NCBI GenBank assembly: GCA_038245295.1
Contig: JBBRSP010000016.1
Location: 32,001 to 96,000, forward strand
Length of the DNA stretch: 64,000 nucleotides
Direction: 5' to 3'
Origin: Candidatus Binatia bacterium
GTDB taxonomy: Bacteria; Desulfobacterota; Binatia; HRBIN30
Within the stretch, counting starts at the first letter, position 1. Each line of letters opens with the position of its first letter. This document shows, piece by piece, positions 40,669 to 49,905 of the stretch. The translations under genes were made by a program, and so were the position numbers. Below the pieces are notes generated by a model. It searched no databases, was not told the origin of the DNA, and was given only the letters and a program-made list of their open reading frames with translations.

Positions 40669-41508
40669 ATGCTGCAATCGTCTGAAGCGCTGCCTTTGCC
40701 CGTCACGCCTGCCGATCTCCACGTAGAGGAGTTGGAACGTCTCCCCGCCCCCGACAAAGACGAGTTCGAGCGTGATTTCTTGCGCCGCCGTCGGCCGGCC
40801 GTTTTCACTGGCATGACCGATGGCTGGGCTCCGCCGGCGCAATGGACGTTGGACTCTATGGCAAGGAAGTTTGGGGCGGCGCGTGTTGTCGCCGCGGTCC
40901 TCAGTCAGGGGACGCTGTTCGATGATCCGGCCACGGGAGTTGTCTTTCGCCACATCTCCCTGGGTGAATTCATTGCGTCCCTGGCCGATGCCAAGACGGC
41001 CAGCCACTACGTCATGGCCCCAACCTGGAACTTCCCGCCCAGTTTTCAAAATGATTTTCGGGTTCCGCCCTATTGCGTCGGCGCGCCGCACTACCGGGCC
41101 AAGGTCTGGGTCGGCAAAGCTGGGACCGTCACGCCGGTGCACTATGACATCCCGCACAACCTGCACGTTCACCTGACCGGCCGTAAACGTTGGCTCTTGT
41201 TCCCACCGGGTCGCGGCAGGATGTATCCGCGCGGGCTGCTTTCGGGCATGCCGAACTTCTCGGAAGTGAACCCGGAGAATCCCGACTACGATCGCCATCC
41301 GCGTCTGCGCGAAGTTACGGCGCTCGGAGCCACACTCGAGGCCGGTGAAACGTTGTTCATCCCGCACGGCTGGTGGCACCACGCGCGCTCGCTCGACGAT
41401 ATCGTGTCGATGAATTTCTGGTGGGGCGGCCAGGTGGTGCAGCTGGCGTCACTGGCGTCAACCACCTTCAAGCGTCTGCGACGCATTCGCCGCGACGAGT
41501 GGGGCTAA
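40669..41508 (+). CDS. JmjC/cupin-8 Fe/2OG hydroxylase (start could be 40627)
   Basis: WVGKAGTVTPVHYD..HN, GRKRWLLFPP, LEAGETLFIPHGWWH, SMNFWW. Confidence 0.92.
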   Translation: MLQSSEALPLPVTPADLHVEELERLPAPDKDEFERDFLRRRRPAVFTGMTDGWAPPAQWTLDSMARKFGAARVVAAVLSQGTLFDDPATGVVFRHISLGEFIASLADAKTASHYVMAPTWNFPPSFQNDFRVPPYCVGAPHYRAKVWVGKAGTVTPVHYDIPHNLHVHLTGRKRWLLFPPGRGRMYPRGLLSGMPNFSEVNPENPDYDRHPRLREVTALGATLEAGETLFIPHGWWHHARSLDDIVSMNFWWGGQVVQLASLASTTFKRLRRIRRDEWG

Positions 41509-41583
41509 ACCCCCGTAGGGCATTTGCGTCGGCGGTCGGGGTGAACACGCCAGACGCACCACGCCCTACCCCTATCAGGGTTG

Positions 41584-42609
41584 TTACTCCCAGCTCACGA
41601 CGACCTTGCCGATCGAAGCGCGGCCCTCGAGGAAGCTGTGTGCGGCAGCGATCTGGCTGACGGGATAGCGGCCACCGACGTGCGGCTTGATCTCACCATC
41701 GACGGCCAGCTTGACGCAGGCTTGCAGCACACGCTGCAACACGAGAGGCCGATCGTCGGAGATATGCAGCATGTTGACGCCAAGGATCGACTTCGAGTGG
41801 ATCAGGAGCGGTATCGGATGTTGGAACCCAAAGGATAACGCGAAACGAACGTCCTTGAGGATCTGCAGACTTCCCGCCTCACGCGACGCCGCACCAAAAC
41901 AGACGATACGGCCGCCCGAGGCAAGGAGCTTGATGCCGTCACGCACCGCCGCTCCGCCGAGTGAATCGAAAACCACGTCTAGCCCGTCGCTGCCACGCAG
42001 CTTCTTGACGGCGTCGAAGAAGCTGGTGCGCCGGTAGTTGATTGGATGGTCGACACCGATCGACCGGAGATAGTCGAGCTTGTCATCGGAGCCGGCCGTA
42101 CCGTAAACAACGGCGCCGCGCCGTTTGGCGAGCTGAACCAGCGCCGTCCCGACACCACCGGCGGCGGCCTGCACGAGGACGTGATCCCCAGGGTAGAGGC
42201 GCACCATCTCTTCGGCGCAGTAGTATGCCGTGCCGTACTGCGTCGCCAAGGCCGTCGCCACACCAGCGTCCATCGAGTCGGGAATCGGCACGGCGGCGCG
42301 CGCATCGGTCAGCGCGTGCGTCGCGTACCCACCAAAACGCGTCAGGGCTGTGACCCGCGTACCCAGCGCCGGCTCACTCACCCCGGCCCCAAGCTTCTCG
42401 ACGCGCCCGACAACTTCGTAGCCGATCACCGAGGGCAGTGGAGGCGCGTCCTGGTAGGTACCGTGCCGCGCCGAGACATCGGCATAGTTCAATCCGAAGG
42501 CCTCCACCGCGATGCGCACCTGGCCCGCCGCCGGCTCCGGAGTCGGCAGATCACGAATCGAGAACGCCTCTTCACTGGAACCATGCTTGATAAGGACAAC
42601 GGCTTTCAT
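41584..42609 (-). CDS. MDR-family NADPH:quinone oxidoreductase (VAT-1-like)
   Basis: GLNYAD..R.G.Y, GYEVVG, AAAGGVGTA, VFDSLGG, IGKVVV. Confidence 0.92.
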   Translation of the reverse strand: MKAVVLIKHGSSEEAFSIRDLPTPEPAAGQVRIAVEAFGLNYADVSARHGTYQDAPPLPSVIGYEVVGRVEKLGAGVSEPALGTRVTALTRFGGYATHALTDARAAVPIPDSMDAGVATALATQYGTAYYCAEEMVRLYPGDHVLVQAAAGGVGTALVQLAKRRGAVVYGTAGSDDKLDYLRSIGVDHPINYRRTSFFDAVKKLRGSDGLDVVFDSLGGAAVRDGIKLLASGGRIVCFGAASREAGSLQILKDVRFALSFGFQHPIPLLIHSKSILGVNMLHISDDRPLVLQRVLQACVKLAVDGEIKPHVGGRYPVSQIAAAHSFLEGRASIGKVVVSWE

Positions 42610-42775
42610 GCGCGCCCCATACAAGGGTGGGCGGGCAAGCCGCAAGGTCATTTGGCCATCTCGCCATTTGGCCAACTAGAGCCGTTCACCGTCCTGCCAT
42701 TTGATCCTGGCATTTGCGGCAAGCCTTGGCCAAACGACAAATGGCCAAATGGCAAGAGGGCAAGATGGCTACGCC

Positions 42776-42806
42776 TTGACAGGTCGGCGGGAACAGCCCT
42801 TATATC
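42776..42806 (+). promoter_or_regulatory. Possible sigma70 promoter for the ADO-like cassette
   Basis: Perfect TTGACA at 42776-42781 and TTATAT/TATATC at 42800-42806; AAGGAG RBS before ATG 42829. Confidence 0.4.
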
Positions 42807-42828
42807 CATGGTCCGAGAAGGAGTGCCA

Positions 42829-43569
42829 ATGACTGCTGCCGGAGAGACCTCGACTATACAAACAACCGAAGAACGGGAGTCCGCCGGAAAGCTGATGGGA
42901 CTCGTCGTTTTTGGCGAGATGGTCGCCGCACGCACTTATAAACTGATGGCTGATCTGCGACCCGAGTTCGCAACGATTCTGCGCAAGTTCGCCTCGATGG
43001 AAGGCCAGCATGCCACCTGGTTCCGCGACACCAGCCAGCGCAACGGCATCGAGCTCGACAAGGATTTTGCCGATAAAGAGCTCGGTTACCTGATCGATCA
43101 AGTCGACAACTACTCGGCCCAGAAAGACTTCGACGCCTTGATGATTGTGCAAGGCTTCATCGTCGAGAGTCTGGCCATCGCCACCTATGAGCCTTTCCTG
43201 GAGATCGCCCCGAAGTACGAGGGTGCCAGTGCCGCGTTCGCGCAGGCGTTGGCCGACGAGCGTTATCACGTCGACTGGGTGACTCGTTACCTGCGGCTGC
43301 GCTTCTTCGACAACCACGACGAGTTCATGTCGCTGACCGACCGCGTCAATGTCCAAGGCATCGATTGCGTCGGCGGCACACTCATGAGCATCGCCAACGG
43401 CTTGAAAAGCGTTGGCCTTTCGGCGGCCGATTGCACGGGCGCGATGATGGACGAATACACGAGCCTCCTCGAGAATGTCGGCGTCGAGTCGCGACGCGCC
43501 ACCAAGGCCGTAGTCAGCTTGTTCGTACCGTTGGCGCAAAAGTATCGCCGCCGCCCAGAAGCGCACTGA
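42829..43569 (+). CDS. Ferritin-like diiron protein homologous to cyanobacterial aldehyde-deformylating oxygenase (ADO)
   Basis: GE30, ME58xxH61, Q..IVE113SLAIATY, DE144xxH147; ligand spacing 28/3/52/31/3 versus 28/3/52/29/3 recalled for ADO. Confidence 0.82.
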   Translation: MTAAGETSTIQTTEERESAGKLMGLVVFGEMVAARTYKLMADLRPEFATILRKFASMEGQHATWFRDTSQRNGIELDKDFADKELGYLIDQVDNYSAQKDFDALMIVQGFIVESLAIATYEPFLEIAPKYEGASAAFAQALADERYHVDWVTRYLRLRFFDNHDEFMSLTDRVNVQGIDCVGGTLMSIANGLKSVGLSAADCTGAMMDEYTSLLENVGVESRRATKAVVSLFVPLAQKYRRRPEAH

Positions 43570-43598
43570 GTAAACCGGAAGCGAAAGGCGCTTTCCCC

Positions 43599-44225
43599 AT
43601 GGAGGACTCACTCGAAGCACTCTTCTGGGCGATTCTGCGGCGCTTCGAGAGTGCCGCGATCCGCCAGTATGACCGTGTTGCGCCAGAGCTGGCCGAGGCC
43701 GCCAAGCGTGCCTATGTCGCCCGGCTCCAAGACTGTGGCGCCACCGATGCGGTGCTCGATGCCAGCGAGTTGGCCGCACCGGTGCGAGACCTTCTAGCCA
43801 CCGCCGCCAATAATGATCTGGTGACGACGTTGATCGTCCAGGGCTTATTTCTCGAGCATCTTGGTCGAGCCATCTATCGCGTCGCCGGCGAGCAAGATTC
43901 CATGAGCCCGGAAAGCCGCGCCCTCGCCGCCGATGGCATCGTCGCCAGTGATGCCGTGGTGGCGCGCTGCACGGAATTGCTGGCCCGCACGATTCCCAAC
44001 GGAGAAGATTTGTTCCACCGCTTTGTCGACGCCTCGCGCGACCTGGTCGAGCGGCTCGACACACTGGGCGAGGCGGTCGACCATGTGTTCGGCGAACGCT
44101 TCCACCTGCACTTCCGCGACATCATGGGCGACTTCACCGCCGACCTGCTGCCGGCCTGCGTCGAGCTCGGCATGACACGCCGAAAAGTCGTGGCGCATTT
44201 GACCGGCGCACTCATGGGGATCTGA
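43599..44225 (+). CDS. Divergent ADO-like paralog lacking both ExxH metal motifs
   Basis: FESAAIRQY, LVTTLIVQGLFLEHLGRAIY and GDFTADLLPACVELGMTRR align by eye to ADO helices; no ExxH. Confidence 0.65.
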   Translation: MEDSLEALFWAILRRFESAAIRQYDRVAPELAEAAKRAYVARLQDCGATDAVLDASELAAPVRDLLATAANNDLVTTLIVQGLFLEHLGRAIYRVAGEQDSMSPESRALAADGIVASDAVVARCTELLARTIPNGEDLFHRFVDASRDLVERLDTLGEAVDHVFGERFHLHFRDIMGDFTADLLPACVELGMTRRKVVAHLTGALMGI

Positions 44226-44233
44226 CCGACTCG

Positions 44234-45403
44234 ATGCGCGTCGCCAGCGGAGAAGCGGTTTGCATCACCGGCGCCAGCGGCTACGTCGGCCGTCTCGTCG
44301 CCGCGGCGTTGCTGGCATACGAGGACGTCGATCTCGTCATCCCGGTGCGCGAGAAGTACAGCGCCGCCGATATTGCCACTGCGGTTGCCAAGGAGTGCGA
44401 GACCCTCGGCACACCGGCTTCGCCCGAGATGCTGCGTCGCCTGCACGTGGTGGCGCTACCCCCGACAAGCGAAATGGCATCACTCGGGCCGCTGCTGCGC
44501 CAGCATCGGGTTCGCCAGATCATCCACTGTGCCGGCTCCCTCAGTTACTTCAGCGCCAGCAAGCTGAAGGAAGGCAACCTCGATCTGACGCGCGCCCTGC
44601 TCGATGTCGCCAAGGCCAACGGCGTCCATCGATTCCTCTACATGTCGACCGCCTTCAGCGCCGGCTTCGTTGCCGGACAGGTGCGGGAAGCCCTGCACCA
44701 CGATCCGCCCGAGGACCCAACCGAATATACGCGTTCGAAGCGCCAGACCGAACACATGGTCGCCGACAGCGGGCTCGATTACGTCATCCTGCGGCCGTCG
44801 ATCGTCATCGGCCACAGCCGCAGCGGCCTCTACTCGGGGCGACCGTATGGCCTCTACCAACTGTGGAACGCCGGCGAACGGTTCATGAGTGACCGCTACA
44901 CCCCCGTCTTGCACGCCATCGCCCCGCGCGTTCCGCTGCAGGTCGTGCATCAAGACGCCGTGCAGGCGGCGGTATTGGCCGCCTACCGCGAGATTCCAAG
45001 CGGCGGTGTGTTGCACATTGTGTCGCGCGAAGCCTCGCTACCGACGGTGCGCGAGATGTGGGATTTGTGGTTCGGCGCCTGGGCGCGTCCACAAGAGATG
45101 CACTACTACGACACGCTCGAAGAAGTGCCCATGCAGGAGCTCGACCGCCAACAGCGCTGGCTCGTCGAGTTCGCCGCCGCCAATATCGAAATCTCGACCC
45201 ATCCCTGGCATTTTGCGGCGCATCGCCTGGACGCCCTGCGCCGGGACGGCCTCGCCTTTACCGATGCCAGCATCGAAACCGTGGCCAACTCGCAGCGCGT
45301 CTTCATGCAGAACTCGCCGCGCATTCGCCGCTTCCTCGAAGCGCATGCCGATAAGATTCCGGCAGCGTCGGCCACCGCGCCGCATTCCGCCGGCTCGGAG
45401 TGA
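44234..45403 (+). CDS. Extended SDR, fatty acyl-CoA/thioester reductase (NAD_binding_4) type
   Basis: TGASGYVG, IHCAG, YMSTAF, YTRSK, LRPSIVIG. Confidence 0.82.
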   Translation: MRVASGEAVCITGASGYVGRLVAAALLAYEDVDLVIPVREKYSAADIATAVAKECETLGTPASPEMLRRLHVVALPPTSEMASLGPLLRQHRVRQIIHCAGSLSYFSASKLKEGNLDLTRALLDVAKANGVHRFLYMSTAFSAGFVAGQVREALHHDPPEDPTEYTRSKRQTEHMVADSGLDYVILRPSIVIGHSRSGLYSGRPYGLYQLWNAGERFMSDRYTPVLHAIAPRVPLQVVHQDAVQAAVLAAYREIPSGGVLHIVSREASLPTVREMWDLWFGAWARPQEMHYYDTLEEVPMQELDRQQRWLVEFAAANIEISTHPWHFAAHRLDALRRDGLAFTDASIETVANSQRVFMQNSPRIRRFLEAHADKIPAASATAPHSAGSE

Positions 45404-45522
45404 ATCATCTTCCGCCGTCGCCGCGGCCCTCGCCCTGCGCCTACACAGACGTGGTGAATTCATCTTCCAGAGTTGACACGAAAGCGCGGCCGGCGGCACC
45501 TGAGTGGTGAAGGAGTCGATGT

Positions 45523-46578
45523 ATGGATCGGTCCAACTACACCCATCTCGACGAAGCGTTCGACATGCTGACGGACTGCGGTCCCGACATGAAGAATGGC
45601 TTTACAAATCACGGCCCGATGGCAGCCGAAGCCCTTTGTGCGCTTGGCCGCGCCGATGCCGTGCTCGATTGGGTGGAGAATTACCGTCGCGGCGGCCTGC
45701 CCTGGGCGCCGTCGCGCCAAACCATCGATCAGAACAACTGGCGGGAGGCGTTGGCCCGGGAAGACCGCATCAGCGATTGGCGCGCCTTCTTTCACGCAGA
45801 GATGCAGGGAGCGACGTGGCAGGAGGTCCTGAACCGTTGGGCCGGCCAACTCGCACCGGGCATCTGCGCCGCCGCAGCCCATGGCGTCATCCGCGTCGGC
45901 CACGCGGCGCGTGCCCTCGGCGCCGAGGAAACAGCGCTGCGGCGCGCCGAGCTCGCCGACGCACTGGCCTCGTGGGCCTACGCGTATCAAGAGTTGCCGA
46001 CGCAAACACCGATTTCGCCGGGCACGCTCACCCCGCATCAGGCCTTCGGCCGGGTACCGCTGATGCCACCGGAACAGCGGCGCTTCAGTGGCACGATTGT
46101 GTCCTCTCTCTATGCTTTGAATGACTTCCCCGCGTTTGCACCGGTGATTGGATTGATCGATGTCCGCGGCGAACCCCAGCGCCTGGTCGGCCAGATGACC
46201 GAGGTCTTTGCCCGGGTCTATCTAGAAAACGCCAAGGACGTTCTGACGTCGATCGTTTTCATCCATGGCGTCACCGGCATCGACGCACTCGGCAACATGC
46301 TTCCGTACCTCGACGACGCAACGGCGCGCACGGCGCTAGGGTATGCGTGGCAAGCGAGTTGCGGACTTTACGCGGCGTTCGGCACACACCCCCTGGGCGG
46401 AAGCGAAATCGAAGCGCCCCGCGAAAACGACGAAACGCTCGTCGAGATGGCTGTCGGCCACGGCGACGAACACGTCATCAAGTTTACCGAAGCGTGTTTG
46501 CACCAGCATTCGCTCAACCCTTCACCCGCCTACCTTGCCGCCGCTCGCCACGTCATCGACGCACTACCGCGCTCATAA
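45523..46578 (+). CDS. Questin oxidase-like (DUF4243) protein
   Basis: NHGPMAAEAL, AAAHGVIRVGHA, HGVTG, GDEHVIKFTEAC. Confidence 0.82.
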   Translation: MDRSNYTHLDEAFDMLTDCGPDMKNGFTNHGPMAAEALCALGRADAVLDWVENYRRGGLPWAPSRQTIDQNNWREALAREDRISDWRAFFHAEMQGATWQEVLNRWAGQLAPGICAAAAHGVIRVGHAARALGAEETALRRAELADALASWAYAYQELPTQTPISPGTLTPHQAFGRVPLMPPEQRRFSGTIVSSLYALNDFPAFAPVIGLIDVRGEPQRLVGQMTEVFARVYLENAKDVLTSIVFIHGVTGIDALGNMLPYLDDATARTALGYAWQASCGLYAAFGTHPLGGSEIEAPRENDETLVEMAVGHGDEHVIKFTEACLHQHSLNPSPAYLAAARHVIDALPRS

Positions 46579-46647
46579 GACGGTTCGAGAACCGCCGCTT
46601 GCGTTAGGCTAAACCCGTATGCGAGAAACCGCGACGGTGGGTGCAGA

Positions 46648-47394
46648 GTGAATAAAGAAGCTCAGCGTCGAGTCGAACAGGATCGTCTGTTCGCCGAAGA
46701 GCGTCGAACGATCCAGGATTTCAACTTCGGTGCCGATACCGCCGCCGTCTTCGACGATATGCTCGGCCGCTCGGTGCCGTTTTACGACGAAATCCAGCGC
46801 ATGATTGCCGAGATGGTCGACGATCTCGGTGTCGACGGCACCAACGTCTACGACCTCGGCTGCTCGACGTGCGCCACGTTCCGTCAGCTGGCCGGCGTCA
46901 GCAAGGACGTCAACTTCATCGGCATCGACGACTCACGCGCCATGCTGGATCGCGCCGAAAAGGAACTGGCGGCCGCCGGCTTCAACCGACGCTACGAGTT
47001 GCGCGAACAGGACCTCCACAAAGGTCTGCAGATCGAGAACGCCTCGGTCGTCATCTTGAATCTCACCTTGCAGTTTGTGCGTCCGTTGTATCGCGAGCGT
47101 TTGCTGAAGACGATTTTCGACGGCCTGCAGCATCAAGGCGCTTTGATCATGGTCGAAAAGGTGCTGGCGAAGGGAACATTGGAGAGTCGCCTGTTCATCA
47201 AGTACTACCACGCGATGAAACGGCGCAACGGCTACTCGCTCACCGAGATCAACCAGAAGCGCGAGGCGCTCGAGAATGTCTTGATTCCCTACCGCCTCGA
47301 GGAAAACGAGCTGCTGCTGCGGGAGACCGGCTTTACGGGCGTCGAGATCTTCTTCAAGTGGTACAACTTCTGCGGCCTGGTGGCGCTGAAATGA
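46648..47394 (+). CDS. cmoA: Carboxy-S-adenosyl-L-methionine synthase CmoA family
   Basis: DFNF....A.VFDDMLGRSVPFY, YDLGCS, LNLTLQF, EINQKREALENVL, KWYNF. Confidence 0.88.
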   Translation: MNKEAQRRVEQDRLFAEERRTIQDFNFGADTAAVFDDMLGRSVPFYDEIQRMIAEMVDDLGVDGTNVYDLGCSTCATFRQLAGVSKDVNFIGIDDSRAMLDRAEKELAAAGFNRRYELREQDLHKGLQIENASVVILNLTLQFVRPLYRERLLKTIFDGLQHQGALIMVEKVLAKGTLESRLFIKYYHAMKRRNGYSLTEINQKREALENVLIPYRLEENELLLRETGFTGVEIFFKWYNFCGLVALK

Positions 47395-48188
47395 CCGCCG
47401 TACCGCCACTCAGCGAGGCGGCGTCGAGTCCGGGCGCGAAGTTATTCTCGGCACTCGGCCGTTTTGTCTTCCGCTACCGCGATTACCTGGCGCCGGTCAT
47501 CGCGATTCTCATACTGCTGCTGACCGAGCCGTGGCCATTTCTTGGCAGCCCCTATGCCGATCGCTGGCTCGGATTCTTCGGCTTCGTGGTGGCGTTGCTC
47601 GGGCAGGCGATCCGCATGACGGTCATCGGCTACGCCTACATCGTGCGTGGCGGCGTCAACAAGGAGATTGCGGCGCCGCGCCTGGTCGCGGAAGGCTTCT
47701 ACGCCCACAGCCGCAATCCGATGTATCTCGGAAACTTCCTGCTCATCATCGGTTTGGCGCTGGTCTATAACTCGCCGGCCGTCTACCTGGTCGGCCTGCC
47801 TCTGTGTATCATCGGCCTGGTTTCGATCGTGCGGGCCGAAGAGGAATTTCTGCTCGGCCGCTTCGGTGCCGAGTACGCCGAGTATTGCAGACGGGTACCG
47901 CGTTTCATTCCCAACATGCGGGGCTTGTATGCGACCTTGTCGGGCATGCAGTTCGACTGGCGTCGCGTGCTGCGCAAGGAGTACGGTACGACGCTGGCAT
48001 GGACCAGCGCGATGACGATCTTCCTCGCCGTCGAGCAAGTCCATTGGGACGGCTTGTCGGAAAGCGACGACGAGCTGACCGCTCTGGGCGTCTCCTGGGC
48101 CGTCGTCTTCGCCGCCTACCTGATCGTGCGCTGGCTCAAAAAAAGTCGCCGCCTGGAAAGTGCGCCGGCCGCATCCGCCGTCCGGTAG
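47391..48188 (+). CDS. ICMT/PEMT-family integral membrane methyltransferase
   Basis: LVAEGFYAHSRNPMYLG, EEEFL..RFG.EY.EY.RRVPRFIP; ATGA overlap with cmoA. Confidence 0.87.
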   Translation: MTAVPPLSEAASSPGAKLFSALGRFVFRYRDYLAPVIAILILLLTEPWPFLGSPYADRWLGFFGFVVALLGQAIRMTVIGYAYIVRGGVNKEIAAPRLVAEGFYAHSRNPMYLGNFLLIIGLALVYNSPAVYLVGLPLCIIGLVSIVRAEEEFLLGRFGAEYAEYCRRVPRFIPNMRGLYATLSGMQFDWRRVLRKEYGTTLAWTSAMTIFLAVEQVHWDGLSESDDELTALGVSWAVVFAAYLIVRWLKKSRRLESAPAASAVR

Positions 48189-48240
48189 AAGAGCGTTCGG
48201 AGCCGGGCCTCAGCGCCCTCGGCTTCTGCGGTGCAGTTTC

Positions 48241-48963
48241 TCAGGCGAGGTTGTGGAAGACCCTCTGTACGTCGTCATCCTGCTCCAGGCCATCGACGAG
48301 CTTGAGCACCGCGGTTGATTGCTCCGTGGCCAACTCCGTTGGCGTCATCGGGATGTACTCCGACTCGGCCAACAACGGCTTGATGCCGCGATCTTCGAGA
48401 GCCTTCTGCAAACGGCCGAAGTCGGCAAAGGCACAGCGCAGCAGCAGCTGAGCTTCGCCTTTCTCACCGGTGGTGTCGCCCATCTCTTCGAGTCCGTGAT
48501 CGATCATCTCGAGCTCGAACTCTTCCTGATCGAGTCCGGCCGGGTCTAGACGGAACACACCCATCCGTTTGAACAGGAACCCGACGCTGCCGTTGGTTCC
48601 TAGATTGCCGCCGCCTTTGTTGAACAGGTTGCGCAGATTGGAGACGGTGCGGGTTGGGTTGTCGGTGGCGGTTTCGACCAGAATGGCAATGCCGTGCGGT
48701 GCGTAGCCTTCGTAGAGAATTTCCTCATAGGCCGCCGCATCCTGGCCCGAAGCACGCTTGATCGCCGCTTCGACCTTCTCCTTCGGCATGTTGACGGCAC
48801 GGGCATTTTGGATCACTCGGCGCAGCTGCGGGTTCGCTGCCGGGTCGGTCCCGCCCGCTTTCACCGCGATGACAATTTCTTTGCCGCAGCGGGTGAACGC
48901 CTTGGCCATGCGGTCCCAACGCGCGAACATGGTGTGTTTACGAGTCTCGAAAATACGTCCCAT
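48241..48963 (-). CDS. yebC: YebC/PmpR family protein
   Basis: [34 protein letters not shown]. Confidence 0.95.
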   Translation of the reverse strand: MGRIFETRKHTMFARWDRMAKAFTRCGKEIVIAVKAGGTDPAANPQLRRVIQNARAVNMPKEKVEAAIKRASGQDAAAYEEILYEGYAPHGIAILVETATDNPTRTVSNLRNLFNKGGGNLGTNGSVGFLFKRMGVFRLDPAGLDQEEFELEMIDHGLEEMGDTTGEKGEAQLLLRCAFADFGRLQKALEDRGIKPLLAESEYIPMTPTELATEQSTAVLKLVDGLEQDDDVQRVFHNLA

Positions 48964-49066
48964 AGGTCGTCAACTCCGCCGTGAGGTTCTGATTCAAACG
49001 CCGATATCTAGCGTTGCCGTTGCGGCGGAGTAAAGGCTCCTGTTCGGGCTGGCGACTTCGCCGCTC

Positions 49067-49804
49067 TTACTTCAGGATAGCCTTGAGTGCAGCGGCGGCG
49101 GCCGAGATTGCCAGATCGAAGCCATCATAGGTGGTTGCGGCCGGTGGATAGTCCGCGGCGGCGCCGCCGGTGAGCCTTTCGGTTCGCAAACGCGCCCGCT
49201 CTTGTTCGAGCTCCTCGATCTCGCGGGTGCGAGACTTCGCCATTCCACCGGACCGAAGGAACTCCACCAGACGCCGTAGCTCATCGCGATCGAACCACGT
49301 GCCGTGCTGCCGGCATACGTCGATAATGACGCGCGAGCAACGTGCGAAGTTGACGCGATTCATGAGGCCGTTGCAGCGCGGACAAGGAACGTAGCGCACA
49401 CTCTCCATGCCAACCGCATCGTCGGGTGTCTTTGGCGCCGGCATGCCGAGCACGGCCGCCTGCTTTTCGCGATCGGCACAGACTTCGGTGAGCGCGTCGG
49501 CGTCCAGCCACAAGCCCTGGCATTTGGCACATTCGCGCAAACTGATCTCGCCGACGGCAGCGGCGTTCATCGCCACGCGGCAGCGTGGGCAAAGCTGCGG
49601 CTTCGCGTCGGCAAGGTCGACGCGATTTGCTTTGGCACCGCAATGCGCGCAAAACTTGGTGCCGACGAAGACCATGCCAAAGCAAGACGGACAGGCGACA
49701 GTGGCCAGCCGCGCCCCGCAATGCCCGCATGCCGTCGCCTCCGTCGAAGCCGGGGCGCCACACATCGGGCAGTTGAGTGTTTCAGCGACCATCGTGGTTC
49801 CCAC
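49067..49804 (-). CDS. Multi-zinc-ribbon protein (double zinc ribbon plus zf-TFIIB domains)
   Basis: Repeated CxxC pairs, C..C.GLWLD, DVCRQHGTWFDRDEL. Confidence 0.8.
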   Translation of the reverse strand: MGTTMVAETLNCPMCGAPASTEATACGHCGARLATVACPSCFGMVFVGTKFCAHCGAKANRVDLADAKPQLCPRCRVAMNAAAVGEISLRECAKCQGLWLDADALTEVCADREKQAAVLGMPAPKTPDDAVGMESVRYVPCPRCNGLMNRVNFARCSRVIIDVCRQHGTWFDRDELRRLVEFLRSGGMAKSRTREIEELEQERARLRTERLTGGAAADYPPAATTYDGFDLAISAAAAALKAILK

Positions 49805-49905
49805 TTTCCATCAACTGTTTCTTTCGCCGTGGTACATGTAGATTGATGCACTTTCCAGAGGTACGTAGTTCGCGCCTGGGGTAGAACCAATCGAAAGGAG
49901 CGCTC

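Noticed and set aside
42046..42828. N-terminal extension of the ADO-like ORF (507 aa in the track)
   Set aside because: Antisense to the quinone oxidoreductase; RBS supports ATG 42829
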